From the NCBI GenBank assembly GCA_009885285.1, contig VFKX01000007.1, forward strand, positions 5,046 through 69,045: a stretch of 64,000 nt of DNA, written 5' to 3'. The notes under the pieces are model-generated. The model did not search any database, had not been told where the DNA came from, and saw nothing but the letters and a program-made list of their open reading frames with translations. Positions within the stretch are counted from its first letter, which is position 1. Each line of letters opens with the position of its first letter. The DNA comes from Candidatus Falkowbacteria bacterium (GTDB taxonomy: Bacteria > Patescibacteriota > Patescibacteriia > Patescibacteriales > UBA12465). Positions 50,219-61,683 of the stretch are shown piece after piece. The position numbers were made by a program, and so were the translations under genes.

Positions 50219-53200
50219 CTAATTACTAACGCGATAACGCCAGAAAGCAGAGCTGCCATTGCCCTGGCGGCCGTAAAGATATCCATTGGCATAGACCAGC
50301 GATCCTCCCCACCTGACATTGGCCGGAACAGACGACAAAGCAACCCAAGTTCCAGTATCAATAGCAAAGCGCCAGAAAGAAGGGGTATTATTCCCCTGAA
50401 AAGCATAAATATAGTTGCCACCAGTATAAGCCATTGAAGATCCCGCGTTAACATTTCCTAGGGCCGGCGTCGAGGTACTCCATATGTTATTAGTAACTGA
50501 GTAATGATAAAAAATTGCGTTATTATTCCCCGCTAGAGCATAAAGGTTATCCCCTCCGGCATAAGCTAATTCGCTCCACATCAAGTTGGCCGGAGCTTGA
50601 GCTATCGTTGTCCAATTTGCCCAAGTATTTGTAGGAATAGAGTAGCGGAAGACGGTTTTCGTGCCGCCCTGTCTCACATAGATATAATCGCCGCCGCCAT
50701 AAACAGCATGACCACCGATACCAAGGTTATAATCAGCATCAGCCATGGCTGCCCACGAATTACCAGAAATAGAATAACGCCAGAATGTCTTAGTCGTATC
50801 TCCTCTAGTTACATAAATAAAGTCTCCGCCAGCATAAACAGAGGATGTATAATTCTTGAAAGTATCTGGCGCATCTGTCATACGGGTCCAAGAATTACCC
50901 GAAATAGAATAACGCCAAAACTCCTTAGTCAAGTCAGCTCCCCCGGAATAAATATAGTCGCCGCCAGTATAAACTAAGCGAGGCACGCCATTATATACAG
51001 GCGACCCTGGAATATTCGTTAAAGTCGCCCAAGCGGCCTGATTAATGCCGGAACTATACGCAATGCCCGAACCATGAATATTCGTAGCTGTCACCTTTAT
51101 CGTAATGGTTGAGCTAGCCAGTAATTGAGTCAGGGCTAGCGTAGTACCAGTAGCACCGGATATATTACTTCCATTGGATAGCCATTGATAAGCATAGCTT
51201 AAATTAGAAGGATAAGCACTCCAACTGCCAAAAGAACTGATTAAAGTTTCGCCCGCTAGCAAAGACCCACTAACTACCGGTAAGGAAGTATTTGTTGGAG
51301 ATTCTTCTCTTGATAAGAAACCGTTTTGTCCATAAATAAAGATATGTTTACCGCCGGCCGAAGATTCTGCGTTATCCGCTGCCAATTCCGCAAACATAAC
51401 TCTGGCATCAGCATGGCCATTTAAAACCGGAATAACTCGACCGATAGAATAATCTTCGCCTTCAATAATCTTGGTTCCGCTTGACCAAGTGCCTGCAACG
51501 GAACGCTCCTTCAACATAATTTCACCATCCAAAGGAAAAGATTCGGTCCGCCAATTAACCGGCCAAGGATCAGCGTAATATAATTGAATAACGCCAGTTG
51601 GCAGTAAGACAGGAGCAAAGACATCATAGCGGGCCGCAGTGGTCGCCACCACCTCCGGCGCGGACCAGCCCGCTCCAGTGTCATACATATACATGATATT
51701 AAACGGCCCAGTATTCGGCCCAACGCCAAAGAAAACATGCGCTCGATTATTACCGTCTAGAAACCATACCGGAATATCCGTTCCTTTATCCGTTCCCAAG
51801 TGCTCATAAAGCATATAATCAGCATCTGCTTCCATTCTATCCACCGGCAAGTCGGCCGCCAATGTAGACACTGAACCGTCATAACTTAAAACGTCTCCGG
51901 TGACTGTATCATAACGAAAGAAATACACATTTTCTCTTTCCGTATCGACACCTGGACTCTCTTGGGCAATAAACCAGATTTCCGTCCCGACTGCCAAAAA
52001 ATTACCAGCATAAACCCTATTAACTTGAGGTGATTCATTCAAATTAACAATAATCTCCTCAGAACCCCAAGTCGCCACTCCATTACTTAGAGATGTTGTT
52101 TTCCTTAACGCCAAGCTTGCTACCCCTCCGGAACTGCGGCGCATGAAAAGATAAATGCTATTTCCGACTACAACCGGATGAGGATAAGTTTATCCGCCGG
52201 TGATAGGAGTTGAAGAAGCCCAGGAGCTAAAGTCATTAGGGGCGCTGGTTACCGCATACTGCATACTGCCCCCGTGAGCACCCCCAAATAAATGACCGTA
52301 GCCTTGGTAGTCCTGAACCATAGCTGGAACGCCGTGATCATCACTGATTAAAGTTGTAATTCCACTATCAACAATCGGACCGAATGTCTCCGTGGTATGA
52401 TTATAGGTAGAAACTTGAGCCTGGCGCCGGCCATCCGCGAAAGCCTCCCAGGCAAAAACGGTAGTATCTAAAGAATTTATATAAAATGCGGCCTCCCTAA
52501 TAGATCCAAACAAAGGAATAGTAGCCCCATTGTCAGCCACCGTACCAACTTCTGAAACGCTGGGAATATGACTAGGAGTCGGACTGTCATCCTCATTCGA
52601 GGACTGAGAAGAACCGCTGGGCGGAGCATACTTAAAAGGATCGTATGATAAGCTTAAGCCGCAGGCAACTTTAATATTCTTAATATCATGACCATTGATA
52701 TTACCAGTATTCAAATAGGTATAGCATTTCTGATCTGGATGACCAGTCAAAACAGAAATATTGTAACTGGCTCCGTCGGATATCCTTGACGGAAAAACAA
52801 AGTTAGCGCCGTCACTCGGCATAATAACTAGAGAGTCTCCGTTATTATTCAACAAGGTAACCGAACCGACTAGGCCGGTAATACTACCGCCAATAGAGTA
52901 CGAAGGGGCAGTTATAGCCGCAAATGCCTGGATAGCCTTAATCACGAATTCACTAATTTTTCTTTCAGCTATTTTCCGGTTAATTATTGCTCTCGTGACT
53001 GGACCAAAGAAACCTCGGGCCGAAGTTATCCCTTGAGATTTTTGAAAAGAGGCCAAGGCCTGCTTAGTTAACGCGCCAAAATATTCAGTTTCTTTGCCAG
53101 GTGAGCCAGCACCTGATTTAGATATTAGAAAATTATTACTATTCAGGAATTTTTGCAATTCCTTAACATCAATCCGAGTATCACCCGCCTTAAAATTACT

Positions 53201-53302
53201 ATTAAAAACAAAAGCCTGGGCTGCCGAACCAGAGAATAGTAGCCAAGTCAGGATAATGAAAAGTATTATTTTTCTTTTTATAATCAGAGAAACTTTAAGC
53301 AT
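50219..53302 (-). pseudogene. Large surface protein (signal peptide, PG-binding domain, BNR-like propeller, Ig-like domain, Kelch-like repeats) split by an in-frame TAA at 52190-52192
   Basis: ORFs 52190-53302 and 50219-52144 are in the same frame, joined by TAA plus 15 sense codons (GG*TYPHPVVVGNSIYLFMRR). Motifs VKELQKFLN..YFGALTKQALASFQK, DDHGVP and repeated FWRYSISGNSW. Confidence 0.75.
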
Positions 53303-53325
53303 AAAGACATACTGACAGATTTGTT

Positions 53326-54351
53326 TTAATACCCCCCAAACCGCTGTAACCTCTTATTAGCCTCAATATCAAAAATGGTTTTCTTTAAGCCGTTTTCCAG
53401 AGTGACAACCGGCATCCAGCCGAGCTCATTCCTGGCCAGATGGATATCCGGTAAAACCAGCTCGCTCATGAATAAATGACTATCAGTATAAGTAATCTTT
53501 GACTGTGACTCCGTCAACATTATAATTTTATTAACAAAATCGGTCATGTTCACATCAAGATCAGAGCCAATATTAATTGGTCCGGGAACTTCAGAAGCCA
53601 TGAATTTACCGACGGCATCAATCACATCATCCACGTAACAGAATGAGGAAGAAAAATTCTCGTCGCCACTGATAACAATATCGGTATTATCCAGAGCGTT
53701 ATTAATGAAATCAGGAATCATCTGATCATCGTTAGCCGTCATCCGCGGACCGTACGTCCGGAATAATCTCATGATCCGGGCATCGACATTATACAAGGAA
53801 CGGTAATTACCGACGAAAGTCTCGGCAAAACGCTTGCCCTCGTCATAGGCGCTGCGCTCTGATAATTGATCGACTAAGCCCCAATCCCCTTCCTTGATTT
53901 CTAAATCAGGAGCGTCAACTTTGCGCGGTCCGTAAACGACAGATGATGAGAAATGCAGCAGCTTAGAATTATACTTAACAGCCATGTCGAGAAGATTCTT
54001 AATGACATAAGAGTTCGCTAAGAGAGTAGCCAAGCGATTCTCCAGAAAATGGCGGGCTGACATCGGGCAGGCCAGATTATATATTTCCTGCAAGCCCTGA
54101 AATTCAATCTTGAAGTTTTTCAATTCCGGAATCGCTTCCAAATCCAAGGGCTTGGATAAATCATAATTGATAAAAACAAAATCCGGATTAGCCAAGAGGT
54201 GATCGATATTCCGTTCATTGCCGGAAATAAAATTATCGACGCAGATAACTTTATTATTCTTGACGAGCTCATCGCAGAGATGCGAGCCGATGAATCCCGC
54301 TCCGCCGGCGACGAGGATATTCTTCTTGTCAAAGATGACTTGCTTAGGCAT
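53326..54351 (-). CDS. NAD-dependent epimerase/dehydratase (UDP-glucuronate decarboxylase-like)
   Basis: GGAGFIGSHLC, YNLACP, YDEGKR and TYGPRM motifs. Confidence 0.9.
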   Translation of the reverse strand: MPKQVIFDKKNILVAGGAGFIGSHLCDELVKNNKVICVDNFISGNERNIDHLLANPDFVFINYDLSKPLDLEAIPELKNFKIEFQGLQEIYNLACPMSARHFLENRLATLLANSYVIKNLLDMAVKYNSKLLHFSSSVVYGPRKVDAPDLEIKEGDWGLVDQLSERSAYDEGKRFAETFVGNYRSLYNVDARIMRLFRTYGPRMTANDDQMIPDFINNALDNTDIVISGDENFSSSFCYVDDVIDAVGKFMASEVPGPINIGSDLDVNMTDFVNKIIMLTESQSKITYTDSHLFMSELVLPDIHLARNELGWMPVVTLENGLKKTIFDIEANKRLQRFGGY

Positions 54352-54355
54352 ATAT

Positions 54356-56389
54356 TTATTGATTATTAATTCTTATTAGACCAACATTTACGCCGCCGTT
54401 AAAGCGCTCTTCCCAAGCATAGAAAGATTCTATTAATACGCCAGTACTGCTAAAAACTCGAACATGTGGAGCCGCTCCGGCCGCGGCCGCCGTGATAATT
54501 TCAGGCAAACCATCATTATCTAAATCACCGGCTGATATGTTTACCCCGCCCTGCCAATTAATGCTATAGGCTAAAAATTGCCGCAATAAAATGCCGCGGT
54601 TACTATAGACCTTCACCATGGGGTCGCGTCCTTTTCCAGGAGTAACGATTATATCCGCGCGATTCCGATCCTTCCGGCCATTAAGACTGGCTACGGCCAC
54701 CTTAACCCCTCCACGAAATTTCTTTTCAAAAGCCAAGAACGCGCCAACAGCTTTTCCCTTATTATTAAAAATTTTAATCTGCGGTTCAGACCCGGCGCCA
54801 TAGGCGACGATAATTTCCTGATCGCCATTGCCATCGACATCGCCGGCTGCCAAATTCAAGCCCCCGCGCCAGAATTTACTGTCCGCCAAGAACTGCTTTT
54901 GCAACTGACCTCCATTATTAAAAATTTTAATATTACCAGTGCCTTTAGTTGCTTGTGCCACAGCAATTTCCATCTGCTCGTCGCCATCCAAATCCACTAA
55001 AGCCACACTCAAACCTCCTCGGAAATTTTTTTCAAACGCCAGAAAACGCTTGAGCAGCTCGCCTTGATTATTGTAAATTAAAATTTGCGGTTCAGTGGAG
55101 GCGCCCGATCCGACAATAATTTCGTCTTCGCCGTCACTATTAATATCACCGGCCACAATACTTTCCCCGCCTTTAAGATCAAGGGGAATAAATTCAACCA
55201 AATCCCCAGTCGCCGCCGTCAATTTTGCCGGACGGTTCTTGGTCGCGCTCTGTGGCGCCACAATTAAACGACCCACTCTGCTATATAATTTATCTTTAGC
55301 CATTTCCACAGCCCGATCAACATTTAGCCGGCCATTACCGAGCTGACCAGGATAGTCAGGATTAAGGCGGTTAACATTATCAGTGGAGGCGAACAAAATA
55401 TTAACAATTTCCCGGCGGCTTAATTCAGGGTTAGCTTGGGCAATCAAGGCTAAAGTGGCGGTTACCTGAGGGGCAGCCATGGACGTGCCCGACCAATAAC
55501 CGTCATAAAGCTTATTCGGATCTTCCTTAATACTACCGGCTGTCACAGCGCTAAAAAAACTAATGCCTGGCGCAATTAGGTCAACACATCTTGAACCATA
55601 ACTGGAAAACTTCGCCTTTTGATCAAGGGCATCGCTAGCGGCTACGCCAATCACCATATTTTCTCCAATCAGTTCCCCGTCATAACAAGCCGGATAAATC
55701 GGAGTTTTTTCAATATCATAACCGACACCATCTGCCTGTTCATTTCCAGCTGCTGCCACAATAATGACGCCGGCCTTATGAGCCCGGCGAATCGCTTCTT
55801 GCATGCCGTCGCTATGATTAAATGAAACGAAGCTTAAATTAATAATATCAGCGCCGTTATTAATAGCGTAATCGATCGCTCGAATCACGTTGCTTAATTT
55901 CCCCTCGCCCTTATCATTTAAAACTTTTAAAGCCATAATCTGCGCCTGCCAAGTGACGCCAGCCACACCTTCGTTATTATTACCTTGAGCGGCGATGACA
56001 CCAGCCACCATTGTCCCATGAGAAACGCCAGCTTCAGTCCAGCCAGACAAAAACTTCGGCGACGGATCAGGTAAGTTAGAAACAAAATCCCAACCGTTTA
56101 CATCGTCAATAAAACCATTGCGGTCATCATCGATACTATTGTCCGGTAATTCCCGCTTGTTATGCCAGATATTTTCTTTAAGATCGGGATGGCTAATTTG
56201 AATTCCCGAGTCAATCACGGCAATAACGATATCCGGACTGCCGGAAATCTTATCCCACGCGCTATCAGCTTTAATCTTTGATAAATACCATTGATTACCA
56301 TAGAAAAAATCGTTCGGCTTAATATTAGCCAAAACGGGCTCTGCGAAAAAGAGCGAAAGTATAAAAAAAGATGTTATGATTTTTCTCAT
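54356..56389 (-). CDS. Secreted subtilisin-like (S8) protease with C-terminal FG-GAP-like repeats
   Basis: VIDSG, HGTMVAG and SGTSMAAP triad; repeated GGxxVAxGDxDGDG..EI units; ATG at 56389. Confidence 0.93.
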   Translation of the reverse strand: MRKIITSFFILSLFFAEPVLANIKPNDFFYGNQWYLSKIKADSAWDKISGSPDIVIAVIDSGIQISHPDLKENIWHNKRELPDNSIDDDRNGFIDDVNGWDFVSNLPDPSPKFLSGWTEAGVSHGTMVAGVIAAQGNNNEGVAGVTWQAQIMALKVLNDKGEGKLSNVIRAIDYAINNGADIINLSFVSFNHSDGMQEAIRRAHKAGVIIVAAAGNEQADGVGYDIEKTPIYPACYDGELIGENMVIGVAASDALDQKAKFSSYGSRCVDLIAPGISFFSAVTAGSIKEDPNKLYDGYWSGTSMAAPQVTATLALIAQANPELSRREIVNILFASTDNVNRLNPDYPGQLGNGRLNVDRAVEMAKDKLYSRVGRLIVAPQSATKNRPAKLTAATGDLVEFIPLDLKGGESIVAGDINSDGEDEIIVGSGASTEPQILIYNNQGELLKRFLAFEKNFRGGLSVALVDLDGDEQMEIAVAQATKGTGNIKIFNNGGQLQKQFLADSKFWRGGLNLAAGDVDGNGDQEIIVAYGAGSEPQIKIFNNKGKAVGAFLAFEKKFRGGVKVAVASLNGRKDRNRADIIVTPGKGRDPMVKVYSNRGILLRQFLAYSINWQGGVNISAGDLDNDGLPEIITAAAAGAAPHVRVFSSTGVLIESFYAWEERFNGGVNVGLIRINNQ

Positions 56390-56424
56390 ATAACATCTTA
56401 ATACTAACATATTCCCATTATAAT

Positions 56425-57642
56425 TTACAGGCTCTTGATCAGATCCAAAGTCTCCTCAGCGCAGCGGCGCCAGCTAAACTTTTTAACCTGCTCCAAGCCC
56501 TTAACAATCAGGGTTTGACGCAAATCCTCGTCGGTAAAGATCCGCAACAACGCTTCCGCCATTGCCACCCTATCATGATGATCAAAATACAAAACTGCCT
56601 CACCAGCCACTTCCCGCAGCACGGGCAGGTCTGAAACAGCTGTCGGAATGCCGCAAGCCAATGCCTGCAGAACCGGAATACCGAAGCCCTCATGTTTAGA
56701 AGGAAAAACAAAGGCGGCGGCGGCATTTAAAATATAAGGTAAGTCATCTTCAGCCACCCAACCCGGCATAATAACACCATCATTTAAATCAAACTCTTCA
56801 ATAATATATTTTATCTCATCGTAGCCGAAACCGGCATCACCAATCAACACCAGTTTAGCTTTAATTTCCGGATGAGTCTCTTTCAAATAACCGAACGACT
56901 CCACGAGTGCCGGGATATTTTTCTTTTTTTCTAAACGGCCGACATACAAAAAGAATGGCGCCTCTATCGCATACTTGTCCAAAATAGCCGCCGTTTTCTC
57001 CGGCGATACTTCTAGGCGGCGATAAATCTTATCATTATAACCATTATGGATAACTCTAATCTTGTCGGCTGTAATCTTGCCAGGGTAAAGACTGAGGATA
57101 TCCTGCTTCGTAAATTCGGATACAGCAATGATTTTTTTAGCATGGCTCAAGGAAAAAGCTGTCGACCAATAAAGGTAGTCCACTGAATCACTGTGATATC
57201 GTCCGAAAGTTAAAACTTTGACTAAAAAATTTATAATATTCCTGGTGCCGACCAGGCCGGTTTTCACTTTCGTCGGCCGGTAAAGATTATGCTCCCGGAC
57301 GAAGGCGACATCATGGATAGTATTAACTGTCCGACGCGGACCGAAAAGTGGCAAGGCATGAGCCGGAATAAATAAAACATCGGGGCGCCGCCACAACATT
57401 TCTAGAGTCAAGCGGCCTAAAGTCCAAAAGGAATAAAATGGCCAATGCAAAAACTTAATTGAGAAATTCGGATTGCTCTTCACAATCGCCAGCAGTTCTG
57501 GCCGAGGCTCTTGATTCACATACAGCCAATAGATATTTTCTTTATCAATTTCCGCCAGATTCTTAATCACATAAAAAGAGTACCATTCGGTGCCGGTTTT
57601 ATGAAGCAGATTAGCGCGTGATGCATCAATGCCGATGATCAT
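56425..57642 (-). CDS. GT4 glycosyltransferase
   Basis: MIIGIDA start (ATG 57642); YVGRLEKKKN and FPSKHEGFGIPVL motifs. Confidence 0.92.
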   Translation of the reverse strand: MIIGIDASRANLLHKTGTEWYSFYVIKNLAEIDKENIYWLYVNQEPRPELLAIVKSNPNFSIKFLHWPFYSFWTLGRLTLEMLWRRPDVLFIPAHALPLFGPRRTVNTIHDVAFVREHNLYRPTKVKTGLVGTRNIINFLVKVLTFGRYHSDSVDYLYWSTAFSLSHAKKIIAVSEFTKQDILSLYPGKITADKIRVIHNGYNDKIYRRLEVSPEKTAAILDKYAIEAPFFLYVGRLEKKKNIPALVESFGYLKETHPEIKAKLVLIGDAGFGYDEIKYIIEEFDLNDGVIMPGWVAEDDLPYILNAAAAFVFPSKHEGFGIPVLQALACGIPTAVSDLPVLREVAGEAVLYFDHHDRVAMAEALLRIFTDEDLRQTLIVKGLEQVKKFSWRRCAEETLDLIKSL

Positions 57643-57643
57643 A

Positions 57644-58651
57644 TTACTTGGTTGCAAGAATACTGCGTTTATATGAATCTAAATTATCCAAAGCAATGCC
57701 TGTGCCTTTAGCCACGCAGAGCATGGCGTCATCGGCGACGTAAGCCGCCACTCCGGTCGTCCGGGCAATTAATTGATCGATATTGCGGAGCAAAGAGCTA
57801 CCGCCAGTCAAGACAATGCCTTTATCCATAATGTCAGCTGATAATTCAGGCGGTGTTTTCTGCAAAACTTTCTTAGCTGCCGCAATGATTGCTTCCAGTT
57901 CATTCTGAATCGCTTCAGTCACGTCATCGCTCGACACGGTCAAACTACGCGGCAGGCCGGTGACAATATCGCGGCCGCGAATTTCCAGATACAATTTATC
58001 TTCCATGTATAAGGCCGAGCCGATACTTATTTTAATCTCTTCCGCTGTCCGCTCGCCGATGGCTAAATTATATTTCTTACGAACATACTCTAAAATAGCC
58101 GCATCAAATTTATTGCCACCCACGCGGACTGAGGTCGAGGCGACGATGCCGCCCAATGAAATAACCGCCATTTCGGCAGTCCCGCCGCCGATATCAATTA
58201 CCATATGCCCAGTAGCCGAGCCGATCGGAATATCCGCGCCAATAGCCGCAGCTACCGGCTCCTTAATGATATAAGCGGCTTTGGCTCCAGCGGCGATAGT
58301 CGCTTCAATAACTGCCCGACGTTCGGTTGAAGAAATACCAGCCGGTACAGCCACCATCACCTCCGGCCGAAAAAAGCGGATGCCGCCTAAAGTCTTATTA
58401 ATAAAATACCGAATCATCGCTTCAGTCGCCCGATAATCCGCAATTACTCCGTCCTTAAGGGGACGGACCGCCATAATCGTATCCGGCGTCCGACCAATCA
58501 TATCTTTAGCCTCATTACCGACAGCCAAGATCTTCTTATCAGCGATAGAAACGGCCACCACGCTCGGCTCATTAATAACAATGCCGCGCTTAGGCAGATG
58601 GATAAGGGTGTAGGTTGTGCCGAGATCGATACCGATTCTTTTAATAAACAT
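57644..58651 (-). CDS. mreB: MreB/Mbl actin-like protein, second paralog
   Basis: IGIDLGT, EPSVVA, DIGGGT and LTGGSSLL motifs. Confidence 0.93.
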   Translation of the reverse strand: MFIKRIGIDLGTTYTLIHLPKRGIVINEPSVVAVSIADKKILAVGNEAKDMIGRTPDTIMAVRPLKDGVIADYRATEAMIRYFINKTLGGIRFFRPEVMVAVPAGISSTERRAVIEATIAAGAKAAYIIKEPVAAAIGADIPIGSATGHMVIDIGGGTAEMAVISLGGIVASTSVRVGGNKFDAAILEYVRKKYNLAIGERTAEEIKISIGSALYMEDKLYLEIRGRDIVTGLPRSLTVSSDDVTEAIQNELEAIIAAAKKVLQKTPPELSADIMDKGIVLTGGSSLLRNIDQLIARTTGVAAYVADDAMLCVAKGTGIALDNLDSYKRSILATK

Positions 58652-58737
58652 GAGGTAAAAATTAAGAAAACTAATACTACCCTATATTAGTATTTTCAGG
58701 GGTATTAGTCAAACGACTAAATAAAGCTTTGTCAGCC

Positions 58738-59154
58738 CTATTCTTCGTAGTCCCGGTCGACAGCCTTCTCGCTAACCGAAACGATCCGTTTCACTTTTTC
58801 TGCAAATTCAAAGGTATCAAATTCTTCCTTAAAGAATACATAGTCAGCTCCGAGGTTAAGGCTGCGCTGGCGGCTATCTTCATCGCTCAAGTCAGTAAAG
58901 ATGAAAATTTGCTTATCAGTCAATTCATCGTCAGACTTTACTCTCTTGATAATTTCAAAACCATCAATTTTAGGCAAAATTAAGTCAAGAATAATGATAT
59001 CCGGTTCAAAGTCGCGAATAGTATCCATTAATTCGTCAATTTCTTCATCGCCAGTTGCACTCTCTACTTCAAACTCATCAGCGGAAAATTGCGATTCCAG
59101 TCCATATAAAAGATTCGCATCATCCTCAATGATAAAGATTTTTTTGTTGTCCAT
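58738..59154 (-). CDS. Single-domain response regulator
   Basis: IIEDD, ILDLILPKIDG and GADY motifs; no output domain. Confidence 0.88.
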   Translation of the reverse strand: MDNKKIFIIEDDANLLYGLESQFSADEFEVESATGDEEIDELMDTIRDFEPDIIILDLILPKIDGFEIIKRVKSDDELTDKQIFIFTDLSDEDSRQRSLNLGADYVFFKEEFDTFEFAEKVKRIVSVSEKAVDRDYEE

Positions 59155-59265
59155 ATGTTTATTATTATTATAAATTCTACCACCAAGCTTTATTAGTCTT
59201 ATACTATTCTACCGCCTTACGCAAGCCCTCTTATCAGAAATTAGTATCTCTCAGTCCAACTCTTA

Positions 59266-60246
59266 TTACCTGATCTTAATTAAGCTGGCTTGAGCGCCGA
59301 TATGGCCGACCTTGGCGGCGGCATTCTGTAAGCTCAAATGCAAGGCTTTATCAATATCGCCTTTAAATAATACCCAGCCGGCGGCAAACGAGGAATTAAA
59401 GATATCGCCGACACCGGTCGTATCCACCCGCTTTTCTTCCTTAATGATATCGTGTTGAATAACGCGGTGACCGTCAAAGACGTAAACACCCTCACTGCCG
59501 AGAGTGATAACAACAATCTTCGGACCGAAGCTATGGATAATCCTGATCAAGCTTTCTGTATTATTTAAGGTGTCGTGATCGATATGACTGCAGCACTTCG
59601 AGTTAAGGACCAGGGCTATGGCCTCGTCTTTATTGCATGATAAGACGGTGGTCTTCTGTAAATACTTCTTAATCATATCTGCTCCACCTAAAAGCTGGGT
59701 CATGCCAGGATTCCAAAAGATATTAATATTGCCGTCCTTAACAACCGAAAATATTTTCCGTAAATTACCCAGCCAATCACCGGCCAGCGAAGCGATATAG
59801 ATATTCTTAGTCCGTTTCAGATATTCAATATCCCGCTCGCTAATGGCTAAGCCGCTATTAGCGCCCCGTTGCGCAAAAATTATTCTTTCGCCGCTCGGAG
59901 CGATAAGAATGAAGGACGAGCCGCTCTCTTCATGCTTAATCACCTGAATCAGAATATTATCAATATTATGCGACGCGAGATTTGCGATAATGAGTTCCCC
60001 GTTACGATCATCTCCGACCGGAGCCAAGCAGGCGATCTTCCAGCCGAAATTTGCGAGACAGGCAGCGGCATTAGCCGCACCGCCGCCATAGGAATAATAA
60101 AACTTATCAACCTTAATCTTTGATCCGGACTCAAAACCCAGCAGGTTTTGGCGCAAGATGTCCGATGAATTACTCACCAAGACTCCCTGATCAGTGAAGA
60201 AGGAAACATCGCGGGTGGTGCCGCCGATAGTTATGAAATCAAACAT
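59266..60246 (-). CDS. PfkB-family carbohydrate kinase
   Basis: GGGAANAA and DTTGVGDIF motifs; ATG at 60246. Confidence 0.9.
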   Translation of the reverse strand: MFDFITIGGTTRDVSFFTDQGVLVSNSSDILRQNLLGFESGSKIKVDKFYYSYGGGAANAAACLANFGWKIACLAPVGDDRNGELIIANLASHNIDNILIQVIKHEESGSSFILIAPSGERIIFAQRGANSGLAISERDIEYLKRTKNIYIASLAGDWLGNLRKIFSVVKDGNINIFWNPGMTQLLGGADMIKKYLQKTTVLSCNKDEAIALVLNSKCCSHIDHDTLNNTESLIRIIHSFGPKIVVITLGSEGVYVFDGHRVIQHDIIKEEKRVDTTGVGDIFNSSFAAGWVLFKGDIDKALHLSLQNAAAKVGHIGAQASLIKIR

Positions 60247-60323
60247 AATATGATTCGCCGAATAATTAATAAAACAAATATTTACTTGACTATAGTAGCA
60301 TAAAAGAGCAACTTTCTCCAAAA

Positions 60324-60857
60324 TTACCGATTCTCCAAAAAGAATGGCTGGAAGCGACTAGTTAAAGCGGCAGTCAGGTTAAACATTAATAAGCCTGTCA
60401 AAACACTGCCCAAGGATTGATAAAAAAGACTCATCCAGAAAAATGAGCGCCATAAAAAGAAAGACGAGGAGGCCGTCCCGAATAAGTATAAAAATAACGC
60501 CGCCACAAAACTATAGACTGAAGTGATAACGATAATCAGTAATAAAAAAGAATATAAAGAACGGTTAGTCAGCCAGCTTGTCAAAATCCAATGAGCAAAA
60601 AAAACAGTTAAGGCGAGCAGTAGCAAATGCATGCCAAAAAAATTAAAAGAATATAAATCTAGCCAGAAACCCATGACCAGGGCGGCTGCCAAAGCAGTCC
60701 GCAAACCAAAGAAAAAGAGGGTGAACAGCAAAGCAATGACTACTAGGCTAATCTGATTAAAGTAAGCAGGCAATGAATACATCAAAGAAAACTGGGCGAT
60801 GGCAATGCCTGAAAAAATCAGGACTAAAAAGAATATGCGCCAGATTTTTTTAATCAT
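60324..60857 (-). CDS. mreD: MreD-like membrane protein
   Basis: Hydrophobic protein with GFWLDLYS...FG motif, directly after mreC. Confidence 0.7.
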   Translation of the reverse strand: MIKKIWRIFFLVLIFSGIAIAQFSLMYSLPAYFNQISLVVIALLFTLFFFGLRTALAAALVMGFWLDLYSFNFFGMHLLLLALTVFFAHWILTSWLTNRSLYSFLLLIIVITSVYSFVAALFLYLFGTASSSFFLWRSFFWMSLFYQSLGSVLTGLLMFNLTAALTSRFQPFFLENR

Positions 60858-60868
60858 AATTTTAAAAG

Positions 60869-61672
60869 CTATGGGATAATCACCGAGACGATAGTCAGGT
60901 TATCCAGGTCAATTAAAGGCTCGATAGTTGCCTCCTGCCAGACTTCATTGCTCTCGCTATGGACTTGGGCAATCTTGCCAATAACCAGGCCGCGAGCGAT
61001 ACGCTCGCCCAAGCCTGAGGTAATCACGATATCGCCGGCCGCAATCTTTTCCAGCTGCGGAATATAACTCATCTTAATGGTTAGGCCGAGGTCGCCGTCT
61101 GTTACACCTTGAGTCTTATCGGAATTCTGAATAGCGGCTGCTAACTGGCAATTGGTATTAGTAGTTAAGCAAATTTTAGCCGTCGTGTCTTTAACTTCCA
61201 AAACTTTACCGACAATAAATCCTTCCCCGCTGATAACAGCCAGACCGGACGATAAACCGTCTCGAGAACCGCGATTAATGATTAGTCCGGAATTATCTTC
61301 CACGATAGACTCCTTGGCAATCACGCTGGCGACAACCATGCGTGCGGAATTACTCTGATTAAAATCTAATGTTTCGCGCAACTTGCGATTCTCTTCCTCT
61401 ACCTCCATAGTCCGGGAATTAATAACCGTGAGAACCGCTAATTCCTTTTCCAAGCGTTCTACTTGCTGCGCCAAGTCCTCTTGATTATTATTGGCGTCAT
61501 AAGCGGTCTTAATATCCGTGCCAGCGGCGTAAAAACGCCCAGCCAAAGGTTTAACCAGATATGACAAAAAATTCTCAATCGGCCGTAAAACCCCGATTAT
61601 ATGCAAAAAAAACAGCACGAGGGCTATTATTAGGAATGGGATAACCGGCTGATTTTTTTTGAGGCGCATCAT
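60869..61672 (-). CDS. mreC: Rod shape-determining protein MreC
   Basis: EENRKLR coiled coil; IINRGSRDG and GDIVITSG motifs. Confidence 0.93.
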   Translation of the reverse strand: MMRLKKNQPVIPFLIIALVLFFLHIIGVLRPIENFLSYLVKPLAGRFYAAGTDIKTAYDANNNQEDLAQQVERLEKELAVLTVINSRTMEVEEENRKLRETLDFNQSNSARMVVASVIAKESIVEDNSGLIINRGSRDGLSSGLAVISGEGFIVGKVLEVKDTTAKICLTTNTNCQLAAAIQNSDKTQGVTDGDLGLTIKMSYIPQLEKIAAGDIVITSGLGERIARGLVIGKIAQVHSESNEVWQEATIEPLIDLDNLTIVSVIIP

Positions 61673-61683
61673 ATTTATTAGGT

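Noticed and set aside
50750-50925. Direct DNA repeat TGGCGTTATTCTATTTC.GGTAATTC as a non-coding repeat
   Set aside because: Explained by Kelch-like protein repeats (FWRYSISGNSW).
52190-52192. Stop-codon reassignment (code 25 or TAA recoding)
   Set aside because: TAA ends most genes here and TGA properly ends comEC, murB and murG, so standard code 11 holds.
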